Notes: generated by a model from the sequence alone, not told the origin. Numbered from the stretch's first letter, positions 39,218 to 50,345 are shown. The stretch: DNA of 64,000 bases from Alphaproteobacteria bacterium (GCA_965216755.1 CBDCGL010000011.1:4320001-4384000), one strand, 5' to 3'. Program-made: numbers and translations.

Positions 39218-40465
39218 GTGGCTGAATCCAACTTCGACGACGCGGCCTTTGTGCGAGACTTCGACACGCGGACGTTGACCCAGGAGTTCTTGGACAATCC
39301 CTATCCCTATTACCGTGCCCTTCGCGATCACGACCCGGTGCATCTTTGCCCCGATGGTTCGTACTTCCTGACGCGCTACCAGGACGTATCCGCGGTCTAC
39401 CGCGATCCCCGCATGAGCTCCGATAAAAAGTTGGAATTTAAGGAAAAATTCGGTGATGGCCCACTGTATGACCATCACACGACCAGCCTGGTTTTCAATG
39501 ATCCGCCGCTCCACACGCGGGTGCGCAAGTTGCTGGCAGCCGCGTTCACGCCACGCGCGTTGCAGGCCATGACGCCGCGTATCGTGGCCTTGGTCGACGG
39601 CTTTTTGGACGTGGCCGAAGACGCCGGCCGCATGGACCTGATTGGCGATTTTGCTTTTGCGCTGCCGGTTGAGGTGATTTGCGAAATGCTCGGCGTGCCG
39701 CGGCATGAAAGGGCACCCTTGCGCGATTGGTCCCTGGCGATTTTGGGTGCTCTGGAACCGACCATCAGCATGGAGGCGCTCGTGCGGGGCAATCGCGCGG
39801 TCGAGGATTTCCTTGAGTTTTTGCGCCGACTTGTGGCGGCGCGCAAACGGAACCTGCGCGATGACGACATTCTCAGTACTCTTATTGTCGGCAAAGTTGA
39901 TGGTGTTGGGTTAAGTGACGACGAGCTGCTCCAGAACTGCATTTTCATTCTCAATGCCGGCCATGAGACGACCACCAACCTGATCGGCAACGGCATCAAT
40001 GCCTTGCTCGAAAATCCCGATGAACTGCGACGGTTGCGGGACAATCCGGAGTTGATCGACACGGCGATCGAAGAGTTCCTGCGCTATGAAAGTTCAAACC
40101 AACTGGGTAATCGCCTGGTGGCGTCGGCGGCGGAAATTGGTGGCGTCGAAATGCCGGCCGGGACGCGCATCACCATGTGTATCGGAGCCGCCAATCGAGA
40201 TCCGGACGAATTCAACGATCCAGAGCGGCTGGATATCGGGCGCGCGCCGAACCGGCATTTGGCGTTTGGCGCCGGCCCACACATTTGCCTTGGCAATAGT
40301 CTGGCACGGATTGAAAGCAGGGTCGCGATTGGGGCGCTATTGGCAAGATTTCCAAAGATGCGCCCCGATGGCGCGCTTGTGCGTGGTGGCCGTGCCCGGT
40401 TTCGCGGCTTTCGATCCAACCGGTCACGTTTTGACGTCGCTCGGGGCGAAGTGATTTCTCTCTAG
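39218..40465 (+). CDS. Cytochrome P450
   Basis: DPPLHTRVR, AGHETT, EEFLRY, FGAGPHICLG; the extreme C-terminus is probably frameshifted. Confidence 0.93.
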   Translation: MAESNFDDAAFVRDFDTRTLTQEFLDNPYPYYRALRDHDPVHLCPDGSYFLTRYQDVSAVYRDPRMSSDKKLEFKEKFGDGPLYDHHTTSLVFNDPPLHTRVRKLLAAAFTPRALQAMTPRIVALVDGFLDVAEDAGRMDLIGDFAFALPVEVICEMLGVPRHERAPLRDWSLAILGALEPTISMEALVRGNRAVEDFLEFLRRLVAARKRNLRDDDILSTLIVGKVDGVGLSDDELLQNCIFILNAGHETTTNLIGNGINALLENPDELRRLRDNPELIDTAIEEFLRYESSNQLGNRLVASAAEIGGVEMPAGTRITMCIGAANRDPDEFNDPERLDIGRAPNRHLAFGAGPHICLGNSLARIESRVAIGALLARFPKMRPDGALVRGGRARFRGFRSNRSRFDVARGEVISL

Positions 40466-40533
40466 TGTCCCGATTCCGAACTCGTTGTATCTATCCGCAG
40501 CATCTTTCCGAACTTCGGAATCGGAAGGGCACT
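40462..40533. repeat. CTAG-anchored palindromic repeat
   Basis: CTAGTGTCCCGATTCCGAA...CGAACTTCGGAATCGGAAGGGCACT; related to 15431-15505. Confidence 0.7.
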
Positions 40534-40662
40534 GTCTAACTTTATGAAACGAGTGTGGTTTTCGGATCTGAAATTTCTAATCCAGTTTGCCACAATAATC
40601 ATCGGAAGTTCAGATCCACCACACGAGTGGCGCAACACACAATGTCAGAGGAGATTGGCAAA

Positions 40663-41550
40663 ATGGGCAATGGAAACGTTCGGGTTGGCTATATCGGTCT
40701 CGGTTTTATGGGTGGGCCGATGGCGGCGCGCCTGGCCAAGGCGGGATTGCCCCTGACCGTGTGGAATCGCAGCGCTGACAAAATGGCGCCAGTGACCGCA
40801 CTTGGCGCCACGGCCGGTGAAACACCAGCGCAGGTTGCGGCGGCCGGCGACGTCATTTTTCTGTGCCTGACTGACACCGCGGCCGTGGAAACCGTCGTGT
40901 TCGGCGAAAACGGAATCGCCGCGGTCGCGGATGCCAGCAAAATTGTAGTCGATATGTCGAGCATTCGACCCGAAGCGACCCGCGACATGGCCAACCGTTT
41001 GCGCGACCAAACCGGGGCCCGTTGGATGGACGCGCCGGTTTCGGGTGGCATTCCCGGCGCCGAACAGGGCACCTTGGCTGTGATGGCCGGTGGCGACGAA
41101 GCCGATTTCGCGGCCGTCAAACCGGTTGTGGCGCATCTTGCCGGCCGATTTACACTTATGGGACCGGTTGGTGCCGGCCAGGCGACCAAACTGGTCAATC
41201 AGGTGATCGTCGGTTGCACCGTGGCGGTTTTGGCGGAAGCCGTGGCGTTGGCGCGAGACTGTGGTATTGACGCCACGCGCATTCCCCAGGCGCTTGCCGG
41301 CGGGCGTGCCGATTCGCTCCCTTTGCAGCAATTCCTGCCCAAGATGGCCACCGGCGACTTCACACCGGAAAGCTACTTGAACACGATGCTCAAGGACTTG
41401 GATACCGTGCAAGATGTTGCACGCCAAGGGCCGACCGCCATGCCGATGACGGCGATCGCAGCCGAACTGCACCGTTTGCTGGTCAAACGCGGCAAAGGAC
41501 GCGCCGATGGCACGGCGTTGATGATGTTGTATCGGGATGAGCCAGTCTGA
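40663..41550 (+). CDS. NAD(P)-dependent oxidoreductase, 3-hydroxyisobutyrate dehydrogenase family
   Basis: GYIGLGFMG, DAPVSGG, GAGQATKLVNQ, MLKDL. Confidence 0.9.
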   Translation: MGNGNVRVGYIGLGFMGGPMAARLAKAGLPLTVWNRSADKMAPVTALGATAGETPAQVAAAGDVIFLCLTDTAAVETVVFGENGIAAVADASKIVVDMSSIRPEATRDMANRLRDQTGARWMDAPVSGGIPGAEQGTLAVMAGGDEADFAAVKPVVAHLAGRFTLMGPVGAGQATKLVNQVIVGCTVAVLAEAVALARDCGIDATRIPQALAGGRADSLPLQQFLPKMATGDFTPESYLNTMLKDLDTVQDVARQGPTAMPMTAIAAELHRLLVKRGKGRADGTALMMLYRDEPV

Positions 41551-41577
41551 CCGACGGGCCGCTCGATTCGCGCGTTT

Positions 41578-42099
41578 CTAATCGCCCGGCGACGGCTTCG
41601 ACGCAGCGACTCGTGTAAAGCCGGTATCGCGTTCAATACCGGCCACATCGTCGGGCCGCGGAAAGGGTTCGGGTGGCGCTGTGCCGGGCTGGCGTTCGCG
41701 GCCGATCGCAGCAAAGAAATCCTCCAGGCCCGGCGGCGCGATCACCCACAGCATGACCAGGTCGTCGCTTGAATCGTTGATGATTTCATGGCGCACGTCT
41801 GCGCCCAAAAAGCATACCGTGCCCGGCACGCAACTATGGCGCGCACCATCGACAACCACAGTGCCGCGGCCCCGAAAACATATTTGAAGCTCGACTTGTC
41901 GGTCGTGGGCGTGGGCGCGTATGCGGCCGCCGGGCGCCACGGTTTGAAACCCCATGGAAAGGGCGTTGCAGCCGGTGGCCGCCGGTATCGCTTTCGGATG
42001 GGCAAATCCGTTGGCAGGCACGGGCTGCCAATAGGACATGCCGTCATCCGGTTGTAAAACAAGGGCTTTGCCCCGCGCCAGGTCCGCTTCGACGCTCAT
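41578..42099 (-). CDS. Cupin domain protein
   Basis: PGG.IRAHAH...E...G.G...H.I.N. Confidence 0.85.
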   Translation of the reverse strand: MSVEADLARGKALVLQPDDGMSYWQPVPANGFAHPKAIPAATGCNALSMGFQTVAPGGRIRAHAHDRQVELQICFRGRGTVVVDGARHSCVPGTVCFLGADVRHEIINDSSDDLVMLWVIAPPGLEDFFAAIGRERQPGTAPPEPFPRPDDVAGIERDTGFTRVAASKPSPGD

Positions 42100-42203
42100 G
42101 ATGCGTCCCTATACATTGTGAATGACAAGATCTGTCCGTCAGAATAGGACGATGCGCGCGGCGATGCGACCGATTCGATGTCATCGGTCAGCCCCAGGGG
42201 GAC

Positions 42204-42833
42204 TCAATCGGATAGCATCAGGCCGATGATCAGGATGGCGATCAAAACACCGGCGATGGCCAGGCCGAGGCGGCGTCGGCGCGCGCTGGACCACGGTTTG
42301 TATCCGAACACGCCCTGCGTTCGGTCGCCAACTAGCCGGTAGGCCGGTAACGACTGATCGTCAGTATTCGACCCGCTGATCTTGCCAAATGTGAACGGGA
42401 GCCCCGCGTCAAGGCGATCGACGATTGACGCGGCGACAATCACATCACCGCTATCGGCGGACTTTGCCAATGCCCTGGCTTCGGCGATCGCCGCGGTTTG
42501 GCGATCTGGGCTGTCGTTCCGCGGAACCACCGCAATGCGGGGCGGCGGCGTGGCTTCAATGTGCCGCGGTCGATCGGCATAGGCACGCGCCAATGCCGCG
42601 CCTGCCACGATGGCCCGTAACGGTTCGTCAAACACTGCGACGAGCGGCCCATCTGGTTGGTCAATGATCTGGCCGCGTTGCTGGGCAACTGTGGCTGCGA
42701 AAGCGCGGCGCAGGCGGGCATAGTCCGCACCTGGGCGCGCATCTTGCTCGGGTGATTCGAGGGATTGAACGGTCGCAGCCCACAAAAGGGCAGACATCGT
42801 ATCGGCGCTCCCAGCAAGAGACCCAGCCGCCAT
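42204..42833 (-). CDS. Degenerate class III nucleotidyl-cyclase-like protein with C-terminal TM helix
   Basis: Cyclase-like layout (GQII..DG.LVAVF, RIAV, ARAL..A..G.VIV) lacking the usual catalytic residues. Confidence 0.5.
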   Translation of the reverse strand: MAAGSLAGSADTMSALLWAATVQSLESPEQDARPGADYARLRRAFAATVAQQRGQIIDQPDGPLVAVFDEPLRAIVAGAALARAYADRPRHIEATPPPRIAVVPRNDSPDRQTAAIAEARALAKSADSGDVIVAASIVDRLDAGLPFTFGKISGSNTDDQSLPAYRLVGDRTQGVFGYKPWSSARRRRLGLAIAGVLIAILIIGLMLSD

Positions 42834-42960
42834 GGCGATTGATGTTGGTATCAGCTCGCCGCGCGAAAATCTCCCAAAATCCGCCTGTCCTCAACCAGTC
42901 ATTAACGATTGCCCACGTAATTTGCCAATCTGAGAAAAAGAACTGTTTGGGGGGCAATAT

Positions 42961-43689
42961 ATGTCCGTTTCCAGGCGGACCATGTTGGTCGGTGGATTGG
43001 GTATTGCCGCGGGTGCGGTCACTGGCGCGACGCCAATAGTTGCAGCGCCAAACAGTTTTGCGTTTCGTGCGACGGATCTGCTCTTCTTCTATGGTACAAT
43101 TGGCTTGATGCGACCGCGCAACGAAGGTCCGCCCGGTCCAGGTTGGGTGCGCAAATGGGCGGCACCGGCCGAGGTTGTGTTGCGTGGACGCGTCAAACCA
43201 GAGTTCGGCGCCACCATCGACATTATTCTGCATCGCCTTTCGGTTTTGACCGGGCAAGAGTTTAGGCGCGTGCGTGGTTTCGATCCGACGGCCAAACGAC
43301 AGCAGATCGTGGTTGATTTCTTGCCGCGCGACGAAATGGCCCGGCGCTATCCGGGACGTTGGCGGGTTTATGGATTTACGCGCACTTGGGGGCATCGTGG
43401 CAAAATTCATGCGGGCCGTATCGAAGTCGACGAGACCGCGCTCGATTGTTTGCATCACGAATTTATGCACGCCATTGGCTTCGATAATCACTGGCCGGGC
43501 GCGGTCGGCAATGTACAAGCCCATTCGGCATTGGCGCGGCGTGACACGGCCCACCGCGTAAATGGCTTTTCGCCCTGGGATGAACACGCGATCCGCGTGC
43601 ACTACGACAATCGGATATGGCCCGGGACGCGCCGAGACGACGCATTGTCGGTGGCTCACAATGTCATCGGCGAGTTTTCGGCCGCCTGA
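42961..43689 (+). CDS. Tat-exported zincin-like protein (DUF2927-like)
   Basis: SRRTMLVGG signal; CLHHEFMHAIGF HExxH motif. Confidence 0.7.
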   Translation: MSVSRRTMLVGGLGIAAGAVTGATPIVAAPNSFAFRATDLLFFYGTIGLMRPRNEGPPGPGWVRKWAAPAEVVLRGRVKPEFGATIDIILHRLSVLTGQEFRRVRGFDPTAKRQQIVVDFLPRDEMARRYPGRWRVYGFTRTWGHRGKIHAGRIEVDETALDCLHHEFMHAIGFDNHWPGAVGNVQAHSALARRDTAHRVNGFSPWDEHAIRVHYDNRIWPGTRRDDALSVAHNVIGEFSAA

Positions 43690-43764
43690 CTGACCCTCGA
43701 TTGGGCCGCCACTCCTTCGTTTTTCTTGACAGCACGACGCGGCTTGGCGCCCGCGACGATGGCC

Positions 43765-44088
43765 TTAAAGGCTGTCCCCAAATACCGCATCGGGCAGCGG
43801 GCCGGCCCAATCATGACCCGATGCGATCACGCATGCGGTGCGATTGGTGCGGGTCTTTAGCACCATCCAGCGGCCCTCACCATTGACATAGAGTTCGGTC
43901 ACGGTTCGTCCTTGGGCGCCGAGGCCGGCGCCCAGGCGTTCGACGCCATAGCGGTCTTTCAACACTTTGACCGCGTCGTCGTAGGGCAAACAGTCCAAAT
44001 CGGCGTGGCTGGGCCGTACCTGTAGCCCTAAGGCAACGACTGCGGCCACGGTCAGGGTCCATATTGTTCGTTTGGCGACGCGTTCCAT
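43765..44088 (-). CDS. Small secreted protein
   Basis: Signal peptide; C....L..RYG....G.G...ELY...G.W......ACVIASG..W. Confidence 0.7.
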   Translation of the reverse strand: MERVAKRTIWTLTVAAVVALGLQVRPSHADLDCLPYDDAVKVLKDRYGVERLGAGLGAQGRTVTELYVNGEGRWMVLKTRTNRTACVIASGHDWAGPLPDAVFGDSL

Positions 44089-44247
44089 CGTGCGTCCGCT
44101 CCCTGTCTTTTGCCAGGGAGTCTGTTTTCTGACGCCATTGTGGTCATGATCCAAATGGACCATGCGCCGCCTGTTCCGCGCCATCCTGAATTTCTCTGCA
44201 ACTGGCGCTATATTTGCGGCGTGAAAACGCACCGCCCGGGGGGCGCT

Positions 44248-46572
44248 ATGGACCAGGCGATAGAGGCTGAAACAACTGGCGAAACGACCATCGACCCGGT
44301 TTGCGGGATGACAGTCACACCGGCGACGGCCCGCTTCACGCATGGTCACGAAGACCAGACGTACTATTTCTGCTGTGCACGCTGCCAGGAGCGCTTCGCC
44401 GGCGATCCGGCCCAATTTATGGCCGGCGGCGCGCCACCGGAACCTTTGCCGGGTGCTGAGTCGATCACCCATACCTGCCCCATGCACCCCGAAGTCGTGC
44501 GGCTCGGGCCCGGCGATTGCCCGCTGTGCGGCATGGCCTTGGAGCCGGCGGCGATATCCTTGGATGAGGGTGAGCCACCTGAATTGATCGACTTTCGCCG
44601 CCGATTTTGGATCGGTGCGGCATGCGCGCTGCCACTGATCGTGCTCGCTATGGTGCCGCACCTGACCGGCTTCGACTTTGGCTTGTCAGGCCAGTCTTCG
44701 GCTTGGCTGCAGTTCATATTGGCGACGCCGGTTGTGTTGTGGGCCGGTTGGCCCTTTTTTCAGCGTGGCTGGGCTTCGGTAAGAACGCGCCATCTCAACA
44801 TGTTCACGTTGATCGCTTTGGGTTCTGGTGTTGCCTATGTCTATAGCGTCCTTGCGACCTTGGCACCGGCCTGGTTCCCGGATGGGTTTCGACGCCCTGA
44901 TGGGGCCGTTGATGTCTATTTCGAGGCTGCCGCCGTCATCGTGCTTTTGGTATTGCTGGGTCAGATCTTGGAGCTCCGGGCCCGTGACCGCACCCGTGGT
45001 GCGGTGCGCGCGTTGCTCGATCTCAGCCCCAAGACCGCGCGGCGGGTCTCCGGCGACGGCGACGAGCAGGATGTTGCCCTTGATGACGTGGTGCCCGGTG
45101 ACGTTCTGCGCGTGCGGCCGGGCGAAAAAGTGCCGGTTGACGGGACGATAATCGAAGGCAAAAGCGCGGTTGACGAGTCGATGGTGACGGGCGAGCCGGT
45201 CGCCGTCGTGAAGTCCGTCGGCGATACTGTGATTGGTGCCACGGTCAACGGCACCGGAGGCTTCGTCATGCGCGCCGATCGGGTCGGTGCCGAGACCATG
45301 CTGGCAAATATCGTGCGCTTGGTCGCGGATGCACAGCGTAGTCGCGCCCCGATCCAGAGCGTCGCCGACTCGGTTGCCGGCGTTTTTGTTCCACTGGTTC
45401 TGGTCATCGCAATTGCCGCGTTCACGGTCTGGTCGATTTTTGGCCCTGAGCCGCGCCTGGGCTATGGCCTGGTCGCGGCTGTGTCGGTGTTGATCATCGC
45501 CTGTCCGTGTGCGCTGGGCTTGGCGACACCGATGTCGATCATGGTGGGTACTGGCCGGGGCGCCCAAGCCGGCGTGCTGATTCGCAACGCCGCGGCATTG
45601 GAGCGGCTCGAAAAAGTCGACACGTTGGTTGTCGATAAGACCGGGACCCTGACCGAGGGGCGGCCGTCCGTGACCGACATCATCTGTGCCGAGGGCACCG
45701 ACCCACAAGATGTGCTGATTTGGGCCGCTGCCATTGAGAGGTCCAGCGAACACCCGCTGGCTGCGGCCATCGTCGAAGCTGCGGCTGAAGCTGCAACCCG
45801 GGTCCCTTCGGTCAAATCGTTCGCGGCCATGGCGGGCTTGGGCGCCCGCGGTATCGTTGGCGGGAAAATCGTCGTCGTCGGCAATGACGGCATGATGCGC
45901 GCTGCGGGCGCTGATTTGAGCGCGTGGCAAGATCGCTCTCAATCGTTGCGCGCGACCGGTGCCACGGTGGTATACGTCGCGGTCGACGGTGCGGTTATGG
46001 GCATGCTCGTAATTTCGGATCGCATCAAGGACGGTGCTGCTGAGACTTTGGCGACCTTGCGCGCCAGCGGACTGTCCATCGTCATGCTCACCGGGGATCA
46101 TCGGGCCAGCGCCAAGGCGGTCGCCGCGCAGCTCGGCATCGAGGTCGTCCATGCCGAGATATTGCCCGAGGATAAGGGGGCGACCATCAAGGCGTTAAGA
46201 GGTGATGGTCGACGGGTCGCCATGGCGGGAGACGGTATAAACGACGCCCCGGGCTTGGCTGCCGCGGACGTTGGCATCGCCGTGGGCACCGGCACCGACA
46301 TTGCCATCGAGAGTGCGGATATGACGCTGATACATGGTGACTTGCGTGGCATTTTAAGGGCCCGATGGTTGAGCTTGGGCGTCATGCGCAACATTCGGCA
46401 GAATTTGTTTTTGGCGTTTGTCTACAATGGCCTGGCTGTGCCGGTGGCGGCCGGTGTGTTGTTTCCCTGGTTCGGTGTGACGCTGAGCCCGATGATCGCG
46501 GCCGCGGCCATGAGCCTGAGTTCGGTATCGGTTATCAGCAACGCGCTGAGACTGAGGTCGCTGTCGCTCTAA
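44248..46572 (+). CDS. copA: Cu(I)/heavy-metal-translocating P1B-type ATPase with YHS domain
   Basis: DPVCGM...YYFCC, TCPMHPE...[35 protein letters not shown] and MSLSS. Confidence 0.92.
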   Translation: MDQAIEAETTGETTIDPVCGMTVTPATARFTHGHEDQTYYFCCARCQERFAGDPAQFMAGGAPPEPLPGAESITHTCPMHPEVVRLGPGDCPLCGMALEPAAISLDEGEPPELIDFRRRFWIGAACALPLIVLAMVPHLTGFDFGLSGQSSAWLQFILATPVVLWAGWPFFQRGWASVRTRHLNMFTLIALGSGVAYVYSVLATLAPAWFPDGFRRPDGAVDVYFEAAAVIVLLVLLGQILELRARDRTRGAVRALLDLSPKTARRVSGDGDEQDVALDDVVPGDVLRVRPGEKVPVDGTIIEGKSAVDESMVTGEPVAVVKSVGDTVIGATVNGTGGFVMRADRVGAETMLANIVRLVADAQRSRAPIQSVADSVAGVFVPLVLVIAIAAFTVWSIFGPEPRLGYGLVAAVSVLIIACPCALGLATPMSIMVGTGRGAQAGVLIRNAAALERLEKVDTLVVDKTGTLTEGRPSVTDIICAEGTDPQDVLIWAAAIERSSEHPLAAAIVEAAAEAATRVPSVKSFAAMAGLGARGIVGGKIVVVGNDGMMRAAGADLSAWQDRSQSLRATGATVVYVAVDGAVMGMLVISDRIKDGAAETLATLRASGLSIVMLTGDHRASAKAVAAQLGIEVVHAEILPEDKGATIKALRGDGRRVAMAGDGINDAPGLAAADVGIAVGTGTDIAIESADMTLIHGDLRGILRARWLSLGVMRNIRQNLFLAFVYNGLAVPVAAGVLFPWFGVTLSPMIAAAAMSLSSVSVISNALRLRSLSL

Positions 46573-46791
46573 CCGCGCATGCTCGTGGGAATCATGGCCC
46601 ATTCTTCAGCCGATCGCGCCTCGCGACGCGATCACTAACGTTCTCGAATAGCTGGTAAAACCGCTTCAACCTTGCGATTCCGCCCAATCTACGGTAGTAG
46701 GAGGTGCTCGAAAAAGGCCGACGTCCTGCGCCGGACGATCGATCTAAGGTCAGAATTGACCAGAGTTCTAGGGCCGAAAGGCTGGGGAGTT

Positions 46792-47277
46792 ATGTGCGGT
46801 ATCACCGGCAAGTGGCTGCGTCAGCTTTTTGCGCTGACGCTGATGGGTAGTTTTTTCGCGAATTTCTGTGGCGTGGCACATGCAAGTTTGGTGTCCGGCG
46901 GGGCTGAACCGCAGGTCGACCAAATGTCCGCCGGCTCGCTCGATCTGGACGGGTTGAAACAGGGCCTGCGCGAGACTGATGCGATCGGCTTGATCGCCAA
47001 ACTTTCGTTGCGCAGTGCTTTGTCTGATTTGGTGTCAGACTTCGAGCGTTATCACGATGGCACAAGTGAGCAGTCATTGGGCGCCCTTGAGGGTGCCTTT
47101 GATCGGCTTTATTTGCGGGCGCTCTTTGCCCTGGAAGCCGGTGATCCACCATTATTTGAATCTTTGGCGCGGTCGCGCACGGCACTATGGGATACCGTCA
47201 CTGACCCGGATTTGTTCCGCGCGGCGGTGGAACAAAGGCACCCGATTGCGCGCGGGCGCGGTGTTTCGAGCCGCTAG
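46792..47277 (+). CDS. Secreted hypothetical protein
   Basis: GGAG RBS, signal peptide, helical domain. Confidence 0.6.
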   Translation: MCGITGKWLRQLFALTLMGSFFANFCGVAHASLVSGGAEPQVDQMSAGSLDLDGLKQGLRETDAIGLIAKLSLRSALSDLVSDFERYHDGTSEQSLGALEGAFDRLYLRALFALEAGDPPLFESLARSRTALWDTVTDPDLFRAAVEQRHPIARGRGVSSR

Positions 47278-47369
47278 AGTATTTCACGCTCACATGCGTT
47301 GGCATGTCATGCTCTATCTATCTGATATCGATCAATTCAACTTCGTTCAAACGGTTTCGTTTGAACGAA
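47274..47369 (+). repeat. Dispersed ~95-bp repeat, copy B
   Basis: Begins at the CTAG containing the upstream stop codon; aligns with the reverse complement of 19921-20016. Confidence 0.75.
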
Positions 47370-47460
47370 GGTCGATCTGGCACGTCGATTAAGAAGTCTG
47401 ACGAGACACCATCCGCACGATGGCGTGGCCTTAGTCGCGTCATACAAACGCCGAAACGCC

Positions 47461-49224
47461 TCAGTCTAAGCCGGCCGCCCGCAGCAACCCGGCAATCCGG
47501 TCGCGCACGGCCGCATCGCTGAATGGCGCCGTGGCCATAAGATTCGCGACGGTCTGTTTCGGATAGCGGGCCCGATATCGGTCCATGGCACGCCGTGCGT
47601 CTTCGTCCCGACCCAATGCGCCGAGGGCGGCCGCATACCAGCGCAGATAGAGCTCCGGCGAGCTATCCATACGTTCCATGGCATCGACGGCAGCCTGATA
47701 GCGCTCAGCGATCACATGTGCGACCACAACAACGCCCCGCGCCCAAGGTGATAAGTTTGGGTTGCGGCGGGACGCTTCTTCCATCAGGTCGATGGCCGTA
47801 TCCGACGCGCCGTTGAAGCAATGTGCATAGGCCAGGAAGCCGTAAGCGTCGACATCATTCGGATTTAGACGGAGCCCGCGTTCAAAGGCACGTATGGCGT
47901 CCTGAAGGTGACCGGACCATTGATGGACCAGTCCGAGCGTCAGGTGATTGGTGTGGGACGCGGGGTTTATCTCCACGCCCCGTTGGGCGAGCGTTCGCGC
48001 CTGCGCCAACGTCGCTCTGGGATCGGAGGTCCACTGATTGTCGTATTCAATCAGATAGGTCCAAGCGAGGCTGGCATAGGCGCGCGCATAGCTCGGGTCC
48101 AACTCGATCGCCTGCTGGTAAAGTTCGCGCGCCTTTTGGTTGTCTTCGGGTGTGAACCGAAACCAGAATTCACGCCCCTGCAGCACCAAATCGTAGGCCT
48201 GCAGATTCTCGGGCCGATCTTCGCCACGGACCCGACGACGTTCGCTGGTTTCTAGCTGCTGCGGCAATGACGCCACGATTCGCGCGGTGACCTCATCTTG
48301 CACCGCAAACACATCTTTAAGATCGCGGTCGAACCGTTCCGCCCACAAATGATGACCGTTCGTGCCGTCGACCAATTGCGCCGTGATGCGCACCCGTTCG
48401 CCTGAACGGCGCACGCTGCCCTCCAGCACATAGCGGACTCCGAGCTCACGCGCGACCGTTTGGACCTTGACCGGGCGATTCTTATAGGTGAACACCGAAT
48501 TTCGCGCGGCGACCGCCAATTCCTGGAAGCGGGCGAGTTCGGTGATGATGTCCTCGGTGATTCCGTCGGCGAAGTAGTCCTGGTCGTCACCGCCGCCCAT
48601 ATTGTCGAACGGCAGAACGGCGATGCTCACGCGCGCCGGCGGGCGTGTGGAGACAGCGGTATCGGCCGCGCTCGATGATGGGTCCGAGGCCTCGGTGTGC
48701 ATATGGAATACGTGCACCGGGGCATCGATATTTTTGACTTCGTGGGTGCCGCGATCGTCGAAATCGTAGGATACGCGCTTGCGAACTTGTTCGAAAACGC
48801 TCGCCGAGACTGCCACGCCGCCGGGCGCGGCAAGAGCCTGCAAGCGCGCCGCGACGTTGATACCGTCGCCGAAGATCGTGCCATCTGGCTGAACCACCAC
48901 GTCGCCCAAATGGACACCAATGCGAAACCGCATGCGTCGTTCTTCGGGTAGTTCAGCGTTACGCGCCGCCAGGTCCTCTTGAAGGTCGGCCGCGCACCGG
49001 ACCGCGTCGACGACGCTGGGAAACTCGGCCAAGATTGCGTCGCCGGTCGCGTCGACCAGCCGCCCACCATGTGCGTCCGAGCGGCCACGAAACACGTCGC
49101 GGCAGGCGCGCAGCGCGGCGATGGTGGCCACCTCGTCGTCTCGCATGAGTCGCGAATATCCAACCACGTCGGCGCTCATGAGCGCCGCCAATTTGCGATG
49201 TGGTGCCGTGTCGTTCACAAGCAT
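47461..49224 (-). CDS. Adenylate/guanylate cyclase-TolB-like-TPR protein
   Basis: ADVVGYSRLM, TGDAILAEF, FRIGVHLGDV, GDGINVAARLQ, IAVLPFDNM, YVLEGSVR, TPRs. Confidence 0.9.
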   Translation of the reverse strand: MLVNDTAPHRKLAALMSADVVGYSRLMRDDEVATIAALRACRDVFRGRSDAHGGRLVDATGDAILAEFPSVVDAVRCAADLQEDLAARNAELPEERRMRFRIGVHLGDVVVQPDGTIFGDGINVAARLQALAAPGGVAVSASVFEQVRKRVSYDFDDRGTHEVKNIDAPVHVFHMHTEASDPSSSAADTAVSTRPPARVSIAVLPFDNMGGGDDQDYFADGITEDIITELARFQELAVAARNSVFTYKNRPVKVQTVARELGVRYVLEGSVRRSGERVRITAQLVDGTNGHHLWAERFDRDLKDVFAVQDEVTARIVASLPQQLETSERRRVRGEDRPENLQAYDLVLQGREFWFRFTPEDNQKARELYQQAIELDPSYARAYASLAWTYLIEYDNQWTSDPRATLAQARTLAQRGVEINPASHTNHLTLGLVHQWSGHLQDAIRAFERGLRLNPNDVDAYGFLAYAHCFNGASDTAIDLMEEASRRNPNLSPWARGVVVVAHVIAERYQAAVDAMERMDSSPELYLRWYAAALGALGRDEDARRAMDRYRARYPKQTVANLMATAPFSDAAVRDRIAGLLRAAGLD

Positions 49225-49381
49225 CCCCTCAAGGCACCGGCGCGGGTCCGTGGTGCTGCTTGCCAAGGTCGTTCGATGCCGCACTGGTCGCGATATGGGC
49301 GCCCGGTTCGGTCGTTACAACGCGTGTCAAGTCATGGTGAAACGGCAGTCCTGGTTTTTTCGATGGTCCCACAGTGTCAAA

Positions 49382-50341
49382 CTACCGCTTTTCGGTGTCG
49401 CGATCCGCGCTCAACGCGGCGGCAACGGCGGTGCGACCGGGGATTGGGGCGACCGCGCCATAGCCGCAGGTCGACAACGCGGCCGCAACATTCGCGGTCG
49501 TCGCGGCCTCAAAGACCGGCGTTTTAGCGATCAATGCCGCCAGAAACGCACCAGCGAATGTGTCGCCCGCGCCCGTGGCGTCAACCGCGTTCGCTTTGTA
49601 TGGCGCAATGCGGCGCCGCGCCCGGCCCGTCGCGACCAAGGCGCCGTTCGCACCCATTTTCAGCGCGACCACGTCGCAACCTAGTCCCAAATAAAAATCG
49701 ACGATCGCATCCGGTTCTCTGAGCCCGGTTAGCAGCACGGCATCGTCCAAACTCGGCAGGGCAATGTCAGCTTGCGCGATGGCTCCATGAATGACCGCGC
49801 GTGCGCGGGCCAATGGCCACAACTGCGCTCTGAAGTTTGTGTCGTAGGACACGCGCACGCCATTGGCCTTGGCGATGTCGATGGCGCGAAAAGCGGCGTC
49901 ACAGGCGCCGTCGCTAATTGCCTGGCTGATTCCGGACATGTGGACGATCTGCGCCTGGGCGATCAATGTCTCGGGAATTTGCGCCGTGCCAAAGCGGCTG
50001 GCTGCGGAGCCGGCGCGGTAATAGGTAAATGCGTGGCCATCATCATGGTGGGTCACGAAATAAACGCCGGTTGGGGCGTCGGGGTCACGAAGGACGTGGC
50101 TGTGATCCACTCCTTCGCGCCGCCATAGTTCCACCAAGGCATCGCCGAAGACGTCGCGGCCAACCGCGGTGACATAGGCGACACGCGCGCCCTGGCGTGC
50201 GGCCGCGATGGCACAATTCGACGTGTCGCCGCCGTAACCCCAGGTGAATGCGCCGAGAACGCGGTCAGGCCCGGCCTGATTAAACTCGACCATGGGCTCG
50301 CCGAAGCAAACGATCTGAGCGACAGGCGGTGTGGTTGCCAC
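49382..50341 (-). CDS. kdgK: 2-keto-3-deoxygluconate kinase (PfkB family)
   Basis: FGEPMVEF, GGDTSN, YYRAGSAAS, DTNFR, DATGAGDTF; directly downstream of eda. Confidence 0.8.
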   Translation of the reverse strand: MATTPPVAQIVCFGEPMVEFNQAGPDRVLGAFTWGYGGDTSNCAIAAARQGARVAYVTAVGRDVFGDALVELWRREGVDHSHVLRDPDAPTGVYFVTHHDDGHAFTYYRAGSAASRFGTAQIPETLIAQAQIVHMSGISQAISDGACDAAFRAIDIAKANGVRVSYDTNFRAQLWPLARARAVIHGAIAQADIALPSLDDAVLLTGLREPDAIVDFYLGLGCDVVALKMGANGALVATGRARRRIAPYKANAVDATGAGDTFAGAFLAALIAKTPVFEAATTANVAAALSTCGYGAVAPIPGRTAVAAALSADRDTEKR

Positions 50342-50345
50342 GGCC

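Noticed and set aside
44089-46152. N-terminal extension of ORF 43765-44661 and the 488-aa minus-strand ORF
   Set aside because: Both overlap copA antisense and show no motifs
47322-47335. FNR/FixK-like box CTGAT-N4-ATCAA
   Set aside because: Lies between convergent genes and inside a dispersed repeat
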